From Bdellovibrionales bacterium (lineage in GTDB: Bacteria; Bdellovibrionota; Bdellovibrionia; Bdellovibrionales; UBA840), in the NCBI GenBank assembly GCA_037969075.1, contig JBBKWS010000024.1, forward strand, positions 1 through 33,865: a DNA stretch of 33,865 bases, written 5' to 3'. This document shows positions 1 to 8,254 of this stretch, piece after piece (the first letter of the stretch is position 1; every line of letters begins with the position of its first letter). The notes below the pieces were generated by a model. That model was not told where the DNA came from, did no database searches, and saw only the letters and a list, made by a program, of their open reading frames with translations. Both the position numbers and the translations under genes were made by a program.

Positions 1-947
1 CTCCACTGGCCCGAGGCCATGAATGCATTGCCAAGATTACCAAGGGTCTGATTGCTATTTAACTCAATCGTTATTTTTGCATCAGAGAATGGGACGACTT
101 TAATTTTTTCAAAAACTAAACCATCGAAAGCTGTTGGGTAGCCACGTTTAATTTGCCGCTTCATTTCTCTAAGCACAAGGCCAGCTGCCTCACTGTCGTC
201 GGTTAACTCTACAGGTAAAAAGGAAATCCACTGAGAGCATAAAAAATTCTCAGGATTTCTGTAGAAGCTTCCAAATAGCGGTATTGCATTCTCAGTACTA
301 CCTGTTAGCAAATGATCTTTATCAAGATTCACATCTTGCTCTTCGTGTTTAACGTTAAGTTCAAGGCGCGTCCAATAGTTAGTTTTGGCCAATTTTTGAA
401 AATTCTTTTTACCGATGTGGTCTGGTTGAAACCAATCGACCAATCTCTCATTTTGATTGGCAAAGACAAAGGCAGTGGCTTGAATAATTCTTGAGTCATT
501 AACAGTGATACTTTGAATTTTTTTATCGGCGACCTCAAAACCTGATATTTTGGCCTTGTAAATGAAATCACTTTGCAAACCAACAGTCAGAGTATCTATG
601 TATTTAGAGAAAGATACATCCCATCGATGTTTTATATGTTTTAAGTAGGGCTCAATGGCCGCTAAAAACTGAGGTGGCTGATTTCCAAACCCTAGAAACG
701 CTTGCCACTTAGCAGACTCAAAGGTTTGAATGTCTTTTTGTGTCTCAGTGCTTACTAAGCCAAAATCACTCTCAGACTCGGATAACAAGTGAAAGTTATG
801 TATAACATCTTCAAAAATACTTTCTGCTAGCTCGGCATTTTGGTCGATTATTAGTACGCTTTTACCGGCGGCTTTTAGTTTGGTCGCGATTAAAAGTGCC
901 TCAAGTGTGTTGCCAATAAATACTGCATCAAATTTATTTTTTGCCAT
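1..947 (-). CDS. Hypothetical protein with degenerate N-terminal FAD/NAD(P)-binding Rossmann motif; 3' end runs off the window
   Basis: Not in the ORF track because there is no stop in the window. Manual translation from ATG 947 is open for 315 codons: MAKNKFDAVFIGNTLEALLIATKLKAAGKSVLIIDQ...FESAKWQAFLGFG...MKRQIKRGYPTAF. Beta-alpha-beta pattern with terminal acidic residue, but GxGxxG reduced to GNTLEA. Confidence 0.8.
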   Translation of the reverse strand, partial: MAKNKFDAVFIGNTLEALLIATKLKAAGKSVLIIDQNAELAESIFEDVIHNFHLLSESESDFGLVSTETQKDIQTFESAKWQAFLGFGNQPPQFLAAIEPYLKHIKHRWDVSFSKYIDTLTVGLQSDFIYKAKISGFEVADKKIQSITVNDSRIIQATAFVFANQNERLVDWFQPDHIGKKNFQKLAKTNYWTRLELNVKHEEQDVNLDKDHLLTGSTENAIPLFGSFYRNPENFLCSQWISFLPVELTDDSEAAGLVLREMKRQIKRGYPTAFDGLVFEKIKVVPFSDAKITIELNSNQTLGNLGNAFMASGQW

Positions 948-964
948 GCTTCAAAATAGTAAAT

Positions 965-1828
965 TTAGCTCTTGTTGTTCAAGTTGAATCTTACTGCGAG
1001 ACGCAAGGCAATAGGGCGTAAAAACTGTCTAGTTGCAGAGCGAAGACGGGGACGGGTACGTATAAAGTTAGCAATTGGCGGTGAAACTACGTAATAGGTG
1101 CTCACAAAGACTCTGCCCAGCCTAGATTTAAGTAGAACTCGGTCCCTGAAGGTACGTAATAAGGTGACTTCTTCGGCATCTACCGACCCAAAGGCTGCGG
1201 TGGCGACAAAGCATTTAGATCCTTGTTTCTTTTTTGCCTCTTTAATAAAGTTTTTTATGGTAGATGCGTTGTTTGCACTTCTATAAAATCTCTCAGCACG
1301 ATGAACAATGTCGTTTGAATTTTCTAACAGAGGGATTACTTCTAGTAATTTTACTGCTGTTACTTCGGTTCTTTGTTTATAAGCAGGGTTTGAATCATAA
1401 ATACGAATTAAATCCCAGTATACTGAAGCTAGAACTGTTAGTTCTTTTTTAAAAGCTGGGGTCGAAAACATTTTAAGATCTAATCTGCCGGCGGGTTGAT
1501 CTTGTGAAATTTCTAGGGTTCGAATGTACTTCTCATAAAGTACAGATGCCTCGGCATACGCCTTTACGACCATTCTTTCTCTAGCACTTTTCACAAGTGA
1601 CACGCGGTTTTTCCACAAAACCTTTTTATTGTGATCTTTTGCATTAATTTCTGCGCGAAGCTTTGCGCCTTGTGAAACCGTTGAGCTCATATCGCGAAAG
1701 CAACTCACGCAAACCTCAGGTGGAATTTGCGATTCGCCACCGTTTTCTTGAATGCGTAAGCGAAGGCCCGCCTCTATTTTAATAAGATCATTTGCTGCGC
1801 TTCCACAGATAGGACATTTTGTAGACAT
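965..1828 (-). CDS. CFI-box-CTERM domain protein with N-terminal CxxC...CxxC putative zinc ribbon and TPR-like helical middle
   Basis: C-terminal KCFVATAAFGS..EVTLLRTFRDRVL...GRVFVSTYY..SPPIA matches the CFI-box-CTERM pattern; N-terminal CPICG and CVSC. Confidence 0.85.
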   Translation of the reverse strand: MSTKCPICGSAANDLIKIEAGLRLRIQENGGESQIPPEVCVSCFRDMSSTVSQGAKLRAEINAKDHNKKVLWKNRVSLVKSARERMVVKAYAEASVLYEKYIRTLEISQDQPAGRLDLKMFSTPAFKKELTVLASVYWDLIRIYDSNPAYKQRTEVTAVKLLEVIPLLENSNDIVHRAERFYRSANNASTIKNFIKEAKKKQGSKCFVATAAFGSVDAEEVTLLRTFRDRVLLKSRLGRVFVSTYYVVSPPIANFIRTRPRLRSATRQFLRPIALRLAVRFNLNNKS

Positions 1829-1868
1829 GGGATTAGAATATTTTTAAATGTTTCGAAGGTAAAGGCTT

Positions 1869-3848
1869 TTAGCCCATTTGCACAGGGTCAATATCGATTA
1901 AGACTTTGGTCCCCGCTACTTGTAGTGCTTCATGGTTTTGTAACTGCTGAATCAAATAGCTTAAGTGACTAGACTGGGAGGCTTTTAGTAGAATTTGATA
2001 ACGGTACTTTCCTCTTAATTTAGATAGAGGCGCTTCGCTTGGACCAAGGATACGAACATCTTCAAATTTTTCATTCGTACTTGTAAGTTTCTCAAGAAAC
2101 TGCCGAACTTGTTCAGCAAGACGTAGTACCGAGGCCTTATCTAAGCCCTGCAATCGCAAGCAAGCTAGTTTACTGTATGGTGGATAAAAGAGTTCGCGCC
2201 TAAATTCTAATTCTTGTGTTGCAAAGGATTCGTAATCAGCCTTTTCTACGTAGGCAAGAACAGGGTGCTCCGTATTGTAGGTTTGTAATATGACCTCACC
2301 CTTAATTTGGTGTCTACCGGCTCTCCCACTAACTTGAGTAATCAACTGAAAGCTCCTTTCGTTAGCGCGAAAATCCTGAATATTAAAGCCAACATCGGCC
2401 AATACAATTGCAACCAAACTAAGGTTAGGGAAATCTAACCCCTTGGCGATCATTTGGGTGCCAATCAGAATGTCGATTTTATTATCCATCATATCTTTGA
2501 TTAGATCTTCCATGCTTTCACGTCGGTCGATTTCATCTCTATCGGCCCGTGCGAGCCTTGCGGTTGGAAATAACCTTGTAATGTCTTCTTCAATTTTCTC
2601 TGTTCCTAGTCCTAATGGGATCATTTCGCCGGTTTTACATTCACTGCAGAATTCTTTGTAATTTTCATGATAATCACAATAGTGGCAATGTAAGTGCGAC
2701 TTAGAATGCAGAGTTAAGGTGACAGCACAGTTAGGACAATCTTTTTTAGTGGCGCACTGATTACAAATTACGGATGGAGCCATGCCACGTCGATTTAAAA
2801 ATAAAGCACACTGCTCGCCTTTTTCAAGACGATCAGAAATTTTTTCAAAAAGCATTGGTGTCATCCAAAACGGTAAATCTTCGGACTTGTTTTGCTTTAA
2901 ATCCAAAATATAAATTTCAGGAAGAGCCACGTTATTGATGCGTTCACTTAACTTGTGTAGCTTGTATTTTCCGGTGGTAGCATTATACCAAGTTTCTAGG
3001 TTAGGTGTTGCAGATCCTAGGATAATGGGGATATTGCTTTTTTGCGCCAGCACTATAGCGGCATCCCTGGCATGATACTTTAGTTTTTCTTCTTGCTTGT
3101 AAGAGCCTTCGTGTTCTTCATCGATAACAATCAAACCAAGGTTAGGGATGGGGCAAAAAAGAGCGGACCTTGCGCCAATTAAAATTTTGGCTTCTCCTGT
3201 AGCTATACGCCACCATTGATTAGTTCTTTCTCGATCGGTGAGTTGTGAATGTATAACGGCAAGCTCATCGCCGAATCTTTTTGCAAATCGATAGATCAGC
3301 TGGGGAGTTAAAGAGATCTCTGGTAGTAAAAACAAACCCTGCTTTCCCATTGCCATACAATCATCAAAGCACTGCATATAAACTTCTGTTTTACCAGAGC
3401 CAGTTACTCCAAATAAAAGGTGTGGTTGAAAGGTATCGAGAGAAATATCATCAACTACTTTTTTTTGTATAGTGCTAAGGACGGGAGGAGGTAGTTTTTC
3501 GACATCTGGTATTATACTCTTTTTTTTCGACGCACGCTTAGTATTTTTACTGAGACCAGGAAAGGCCAAGCTCATCACTTGTCCAATAGGGTGCTTGTAG
3601 TAATCAGATACCCATGAAAGCCACGATAAAAAAATTTCGGTTAATGGCGGATGCTCTTCTTTGAATAAGATGTCTTTGGTTTCATAATCAGGTTTTTCAG
3701 TTTGCCCAATTACGACCGCTGCAACTTTGCGATTAGCTCTTCCTAGTTGGACGACAACGTGTGAGCCGATAGTAATATCTAAATCTGAAGAGTAGGTTAA
3801 TGGCTTTGATAGGGGCGCATTAACTGCAACTAGCCAATACTGTTTCAT
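1869..3848 (-). CDS. priA: Primosomal protein N' (replication restart helicase)
   Basis: GVTGSGKTEVY, LLPEISLTPQ, DEEH, LGSATP, LNRRG, two CxxC-pair Zn modules, IGTQMIAKGLDFP, QVSGRAGR. Confidence 0.98.
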   Translation of the reverse strand: MKQYWLVAVNAPLSKPLTYSSDLDITIGSHVVVQLGRANRKVAAVVIGQTEKPDYETKDILFKEEHPPLTEIFLSWLSWVSDYYKHPIGQVMSLAFPGLSKNTKRASKKKSIIPDVEKLPPPVLSTIQKKVVDDISLDTFQPHLLFGVTGSGKTEVYMQCFDDCMAMGKQGLFLLPEISLTPQLIYRFAKRFGDELAVIHSQLTDRERTNQWWRIATGEAKILIGARSALFCPIPNLGLIVIDEEHEGSYKQEEKLKYHARDAAIVLAQKSNIPIILGSATPNLETWYNATTGKYKLHKLSERINNVALPEIYILDLKQNKSEDLPFWMTPMLFEKISDRLEKGEQCALFLNRRGMAPSVICNQCATKKDCPNCAVTLTLHSKSHLHCHYCDYHENYKEFCSECKTGEMIPLGLGTEKIEEDITRLFPTARLARADRDEIDRRESMEDLIKDMMDNKIDILIGTQMIAKGLDFPNLSLVAIVLADVGFNIQDFRANERSFQLITQVSGRAGRHQIKGEVILQTYNTEHPVLAYVEKADYESFATQELEFRRELFYPPYSKLACLRLQGLDKASVLRLAEQVRQFLEKLTSTNEKFEDVRILGPSEAPLSKLRGKYRYQILLKASQSSHLSYLIQQLQNHEALQVAGTKVLIDIDPVQMG

Positions 3849-4669
3849 CGCAAGTCTTGATAAAACTTCTTAATGTTTTCGCCCAGAGCTGTTTTTATAA
3901 ATGTATTACCTTGTGTATCTTGTTTGGCGCGAGTATTTAACATTTCTTTAAAAGACTTACTATTTTTTATAGCATTAATACTTAAAGTGCGAATTGTAAC
4001 TTTAGTACCGTTGGTATTAATAATTCGAGTTCTAGGAAACTCCAAACCATTTGAGTACCCTTCGTAGTCATCGGCCATAACCTCATTACCTGATTTAAAG
4101 CGCAACCTTCTAACTCTAAAAGTATCTTGTTCAATCCAAAGTGAGGGCACGTTTGAGGAATCACCAGTAACGGTTTGTCCAAAAGCATAGGCGATCGTTC
4201 CGTTGGTTCGAGCCAAGCGAAGAAAGCTTTGCGGTTTGTAATCTACATCTTTCAATTGGCCAAATCTTCTTTGTGGGGACAGGATTTCACTAGTGGTAAT
4301 ACCGCTTCGTAATATGGCGCGAGCAAATTCGTTTACGTTTCGAAAGTGAAAAAAGCCTTCAAAAAAATCTGATCCCACTTTGCTGGCAGTGATTTTTCCT
4401 GTTGGTTGAATGGCATATCTAGACTGCTCTTCATAAAGTGCTGTGTAAATAGTTTGGGGCCCTTTCGCCTCTAGGTACATATGGTTACCGCCGGTAACCC
4501 ACCATGTTTCTTGAATCACGGCCCTATCGTCTGCAGTTTGAAAGATGACCTCTTGTAGAACTTGGTAAATACCTTTTCCGTGCGTGTCCGAGGACTTTTT
4601 TAAAATAAAATGACTATGAGGAATATATGAAAAACCAATCCCGGTGAGAATGAGTAGTAATTTTATCAT
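3845..4669 (-). CDS. Hypothetical exported, beta-rich protein (possibly LolA-like fold)
   Basis: 274-aa ORF with hydrophobic N-terminus; ATGA overlaps with both galU and priA. Fold is a guess from the LWIEQDTFRVRRL-type strand pattern. Confidence 0.75.
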   Translation of the reverse strand: MIKLLLILTGIGFSYIPHSHFILKKSSDTHGKGIYQVLQEVIFQTADDRAVIQETWWVTGGNHMYLEAKGPQTIYTALYEEQSRYAIQPTGKITASKVGSDFFEGFFHFRNVNEFARAILRSGITTSEILSPQRRFGQLKDVDYKPQSFLRLARTNGTIAYAFGQTVTGDSSNVPSLWIEQDTFRVRRLRFKSGNEVMADDYEGYSNGLEFPRTRIINTNGTKVTIRTLSINAIKNSKSFKEMLNTRAKQDTQGNTFIKTALGENIKKFYQDLR

Positions 4670-5547
4670 AAACGTCCTTTGAGTTGCTTTAAGTATTGTT
4701 TCAGTGCGCCACCAATTTGTGGATGGCTTAGCCCCATTTCAATGTTTGCAATTAAATATCCTAACTTATCTCCGGCGTCGTAACGAGTGGCTGCAGTGAT
4801 TAGTCCAAGCATACGTTCTTTTTTTGCCAAAGCATCCATGGCATCAGTTAACTGAATTTCACCGTTACGTCCTGGGGCCAAGTCTTGTAATTCTTCAAGT
4901 AGGCGAGCGGTAAACACGTAGCGGCCAGGTAGTGCATATCTACTGGGTGCATCTTCAGGGCTAGGTTTTTCAACAAGTCTTTTTATTTCATAGATAATAT
5001 CATTAATTTTAGTGCCATCAATGATTCCATACTTACTTACATTTTCTTTTTCGACTTCCATAATAGCAACGCAAGAGCACAGTTCTTTTTCATAAAGCCT
5101 CACCAACTCCTCAGTGGTTTTTACTGGTCCCGCGCTTAGCTCATCCCCTAGTAGTACAGCAAAAGGATCATTTCCGATCACGGGTTTAGCACAAAACACA
5201 GCGTGGCCTAGCCCTAGTGGTTCTTTTTGCCTTATGCTAATGAAGTTAGCTTTATTTCTAATGGCTACCAAGTCTTGTAATAAATCCGTACGATTATCTT
5301 TTTCAAGAACCTTTTCTAGTTCAAAGCTGACATCAAAGAAATCTTCAATAGCCTCTTTGTTTCTGCCTGCAATAAATATGATGTCTTCAATCCCCGCTTC
5401 AATAGCTTCTTCTACAATATACATAATCGTAGGCTTATCTACGATGGGTAGTAGCTCTTTAGGGACAGTTTTAGTCGCCGGTAAAAAACGAGTGCCTAGG
5501 CCGGCTACAGGAATAATGGCTTTTTTTACTGATTTCATCTGGCTCAT
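4666..5547 (-). CDS. galU: UTP--glucose-1-phosphate uridylyltransferase
   Basis: KAIIPVAGLGTRFLPATKTVPKELLPIVDKP, RQKEPLGLGHAV, VEKP, GRY, GEIQLTDA, YDAGDKLGY. Confidence 0.97.
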   Translation of the reverse strand: MSQMKSVKKAIIPVAGLGTRFLPATKTVPKELLPIVDKPTIMYIVEEAIEAGIEDIIFIAGRNKEAIEDFFDVSFELEKVLEKDNRTDLLQDLVAIRNKANFISIRQKEPLGLGHAVFCAKPVIGNDPFAVLLGDELSAGPVKTTEELVRLYEKELCSCVAIMEVEKENVSKYGIIDGTKINDIIYEIKRLVEKPSPEDAPSRYALPGRYVFTARLLEELQDLAPGRNGEIQLTDAMDALAKKERMLGLITAATRYDAGDKLGYLIANIEMGLSHPQIGGALKQYLKQLKGRL

Positions 5548-5554
5548 AATAGTT

Positions 5555-5758
5555 AAGCTTTAGGTAATGGTCCAGCAAAAGTACCTGCTTCCTTTTCGGA
5601 ATCAGCCGAGATTATCCACAAACCGTTTACGCCAAATGTAAGTGCTCTAAAATTCACCCTATAATGCAGGATGGCTCAGCTCTTCCATAGATATTGATGG
5701 TGCCAGCACCCCAAGCGCCGTCCATGAGTTTTAAGCTCACGACAGTTTTCTTAAGCCC
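5555..5758 (-). ncRNA. Candidate structured RNA or cis-regulatory leader upstream of galU (family unknown)
   Basis: Hand-folded stems at 5718-5745, 5655-5673 and 5559-5636 rely on G-U pairs available only on the minus strand; no convincing ORF. Confidence 0.35.
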
Positions 5759-5764
5759 GAAGAA

Positions 5765-5878
5765 TTAGAAGAGTTTAGTTAAAAGTATTATTTTCCGGAT
5801 TAAATAATTTAATGTTTTTACGACCGACTTTAATATTTCTAACTTTTTTCGATAAGAACAATATCTTTTACTGCTCAT
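5765..5878 (-). CDS. Small 37-aa cationic amphipathic peptide (type I toxin-like)
   Basis: MSSKRYCSYRKKLEILKSVVKTLNYLIRKIILLTKLF; GGAGG 4 nt upstream of the ATG; internal start within the 77-aa track ORF. Confidence 0.45.
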   Translation of the reverse strand: MSSKRYCSYRKKLEILKSVVKTLNYLIRKIILLTKLF

Positions 5879-5970
5879 ATGGCCTCCATTTCTGGATGCT
5901 CTTCCATAAACCTCAAATTTGTTTGAGGCGCTGGCTTGAGACTCTAGAGCAAAGTGGGGGCCATTTTTTT
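5879..5970 (+). ncRNA. Long imperfect hairpin followed by T7 tract (candidate antisense sRNA or terminator)
   Basis: ATGGCCTCCAT(5879-5889) pairs with GTGGGGGCCAT(5954-5964); inner TTCTGGA/TCTAGAG and CCTCAAA/TTTGAGG stems; T run at 5964-5970; G-U wobbles favour the plus strand. Confidence 0.45.
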
Positions 5971-6168
5971 GTAAATAAATTTGATGTGATAGATTCATGT
6001 CCGGTTTTCATCTTATTTATCGGTTCACCGGAAATTCATACAGAAATTTTAACGCAAGGCTTCGCTGACACTAAGTTGACTATAGTAAGAGTATTGTATT
6101 TTCGTGCTAATTTCTTGTTGAAACACGACTCGAAGACTGATTACATCACTCCATAAAGGTGGGCCCTT

Positions 6169-6957
6169 ATGCTGAATTTTCTTGAATTATTTGTAGTGTT
6201 CTTATTGGCAGGTCAGATTGCAGTCGCAGATCCCTATCCCACTGTTGGCCTCGAACCTCAGCGTATAAAATTTGATGGCAATATAGATATTGATGATTTT
6301 ACTATTTATACATTATCCCCAGTTTACGGCGTAATGTTAACTCCAGATCCTCTCGCGACTGTTCATGAAAAATATTATAAAATGAGCTCCCTATTGCGCG
6401 ATAACATTAGTGGACACAGTTTTTTCACTTTTCTCTGTTTTGGCGCATCAACCTCTATGCAAATAGAAAGTGCTCAAGCAGTGTACTTCAACGCCTACAC
6501 GACATGCTGGTCCGTAAAAAAAGAGTACACACAAAAAATTGATGATTACGTTTCAACATTGCCGGAGTTTGAATTTTATAATGGCAGAAGAATGAAATGG
6601 TCTAAGCCTAAAATTCTAACCTATAATATTGTGTTTGATGTTATTTCTGAAACACCAAACAAACGAATAAGCATTTATAAAGAATTAACTTCTGAAGAAG
6701 TCAAAAATTTAATTCACAATCTAGACAGAGCTATAAGCTCCGAAAACTCAAACAAAGAAGAGCTTATCGGTTTGATTAAACCTCTCGGCGTTAGCGACGA
6801 ACAATCGATCGATCTGCTTAAAATGATCACTCTTGAAAAAACACTAGAGATTTCTTTCTGGGCAATAGTGAACGACTCATTGTATCTTCCTTATTATAGT
6901 CCCGTCGGCATAAGCTATGAATTTGAATGCCCAGCTCTAGGATGTTTTAAACAGTAG
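6169..6957 (+). CDS. Hypothetical secreted protein
   Basis: 262-aa ORF with signal peptide-like N-terminus (AVA|D) and AAGGTGGG upstream; no recognisable family. Confidence 0.75.
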   Translation: MLNFLELFVVFLLAGQIAVADPYPTVGLEPQRIKFDGNIDIDDFTIYTLSPVYGVMLTPDPLATVHEKYYKMSSLLRDNISGHSFFTFLCFGASTSMQIESAQAVYFNAYTTCWSVKKEYTQKIDDYVSTLPEFEFYNGRRMKWSKPKILTYNIVFDVISETPNKRISIYKELTSEEVKNLIHNLDRAISSENSNKEELIGLIKPLGVSDEQSIDLLKMITLEKTLEISFWAIVNDSLYLPYYSPVGISYEFECPALGCFKQ

Positions 6958-6988
6958 AGGCGATATGTTTATCTAAGGATAAAAAACC

Positions 6989-7003
6989 GTCTCAAATTGA
7001 GAC
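6989..7003. promoter_or_regulatory. Perfect dyad GTCTCA-N3-TGAGAC, candidate transcription-factor site
   Basis: GTCTCAAATTGAGAC about 45 bp upstream of the sigma28-like promoter at 7047. Confidence 0.5.
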
Positions 7004-7046
7004 AAAACCCACCAAAAACTAAGATTCAAACAATAATGATACGTAC

Positions 7047-7074
7047 TAAAGTAATACGCCAAAATTACCGATAA
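7047..7074 (+). promoter_or_regulatory. Sigma28 (FliA)-type promoter, leaderless transcript predicted
   Basis: TAAA-N16-ACCGATAA versus consensus TAAA-N15-GCCGATAA; the ATG lies 7 nt after the -10 and there is no SD. Confidence 0.6.
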
Positions 7075-7081
7075 AATTGAT

Positions 7082-8188
7082 ATGAAGAAAGTAACCTACT
7101 TATTAGCAGCTATTGGTGTTTTGACGATAGTTTCATATCAAAATTGCAGCCAAGAACTAGGTCAATTAGGTGGTGCAACGAAAGCAAGCGGCGATGGCAT
7201 TCCATTTCCTATTGATGCAGATATAGACACCATTGCAAGGATGTCTTGTTACAATAATAATAACAATAATAGTGGCACTTATTTTTCTTATAAAGCTATC
7301 GCGAATGGTCCGACAACGAGTGGGGCTAAAAGATCCGCTGAATTTGATGCGTTTGTTGTAGGCAAGGGTGGAAGTGTTTATGAGAATAGACGGAAATTTT
7401 TAAATCAATCCACAAAGCTAGTGGGTTTGCAAATGCAACTAAGTTTAAAGTATCCAGGTGATTTACTTTTAAATGACAATAGAAATAGTAATAATTTTTT
7501 ACATACAGATTTAAAAGACCCTATGTTTATTGAGGGTTTAATTAATTTTGATACACCGGTAAGCTTAACAAATGGCAGTTACCTAGCTTCGCAGCTAGAT
7601 TTTAGAAACGTAAATATTACAGGTGCAGATGATTTTTATGAAATAGACAATAGTGGTCCACATGTAACACTCACGCTGGATTATATTGATATCAGTAAAC
7701 CAGAAAACTCTGTTGGTCCAATTACTTTTGGTGATAGCCAAAATAAAAACCTAATTTATGGAAACAAATATAAAATCCATTTAACAGATAAATCTGCAAA
7801 CGCGCCAGAAAAAACAATAGCTTCAATAAAAGAATATAGTTCTCTAACAAATGAGCCTCGCTCAAGTGTTAATTGGTCTTGTACTGAATATACAATTGTA
7901 AGAGTTGGAGATAGCACGAGTTCATGCGGTGGAGGCAGTGGCGTTGCGATTGATCAATCTACTTCGGAGCTTTCGAAATTATACAAACTATTGGGTCCTG
8001 GTTGGAGAAAATATGGAGGCTGCGTTAAACACGACAGCTTAGCGGGCTGTTACAACGAAGGCAGCAACTCTACGATGCCGATAGAATACAACGCAAGTAA
8101 CATAGCAAATGGCGTTTGTAGTGATGCGAATGGTTCAACTCGCTTGTGCGCAAACTTTTTAAGTGTTTGTAGTAAGAGTGCATTCTAA
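7082..8188 (+). CDS. Cys-rich predicted lipoprotein with YQNC-type lipobox
   Basis: MKKVTYLLAAIGVLTIVSYQNCS; multiple Cys in the C-terminal third. The [FY]QNC signal motif is familiar from Bdellovibrio-like predators. Confidence 0.8.
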   Translation: MKKVTYLLAAIGVLTIVSYQNCSQELGQLGGATKASGDGIPFPIDADIDTIARMSCYNNNNNNSGTYFSYKAIANGPTTSGAKRSAEFDAFVVGKGGSVYENRRKFLNQSTKLVGLQMQLSLKYPGDLLLNDNRNSNNFLHTDLKDPMFIEGLINFDTPVSLTNGSYLASQLDFRNVNITGADDFYEIDNSGPHVTLTLDYIDISKPENSVGPITFGDSQNKNLIYGNKYKIHLTDKSANAPEKTIASIKEYSSLTNEPRSSVNWSCTEYTIVRVGDSTSSCGGGSGVAIDQSTSELSKLYKLLGPGWRKYGGCVKHDSLAGCYNEGSNSTMPIEYNASNIANGVCSDANGSTRLCANFLSVCSKSAF

Positions 8189-8254
8189 CTCCCATTAAGA
8201 AATAATTTCATAGAGCGTAAACTTCCTTAAAACCAAGAATTCAAAGATAAAAAA

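Noticed and set aside
5583..5606. SRP RNA-like TCCGAAAAGGAAGCAG on the minus strand
   Set aside because: The conserved CAGG of the symmetric loop is absent (TGAT), the loop has 5 nt, and flanking pairing does not fit helix 8. Not called ffs without an Rfam search.
5612..5620. Perfect DnaA box TTATCCACA
   Set aside because: Single intergenic copy; other matches (14351, 14405, 21400) are inside CDSs; no box cluster or dnaA context.
5600..5712. TPP riboswitch-like fragments (GGGGTGC...GCTGAG...GGATAAT)
   Set aside because: The core CTGAGA and CCTGAT...GCGNAGG motifs are missing and no thiamine gene is downstream.
5553..5764. Short minus-strand frames (MDGAWGAG..., ...VNGLWIISADSEKEAG...) as a possible pseudogene
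   Set aside because: No recognisable homology or SD; the region is better explained by RNA structure.
5560..6010. Multiple GGA motifs suggesting a CsrA-sponge RNA
   Set aside because: Only modestly above chance and mostly in stems rather than hairpin loops.
5812..6156. 114-aa plus-strand ORF in the track
   Set aside because: No SD or recognisable motif, and it runs through the hairpin and T tract. Probably spurious but not excluded.
7250..7270. AAY trinucleotide run encoding poly-Asn
   Set aside because: Short, in-frame, low-complexity; not a phase-variation tract.
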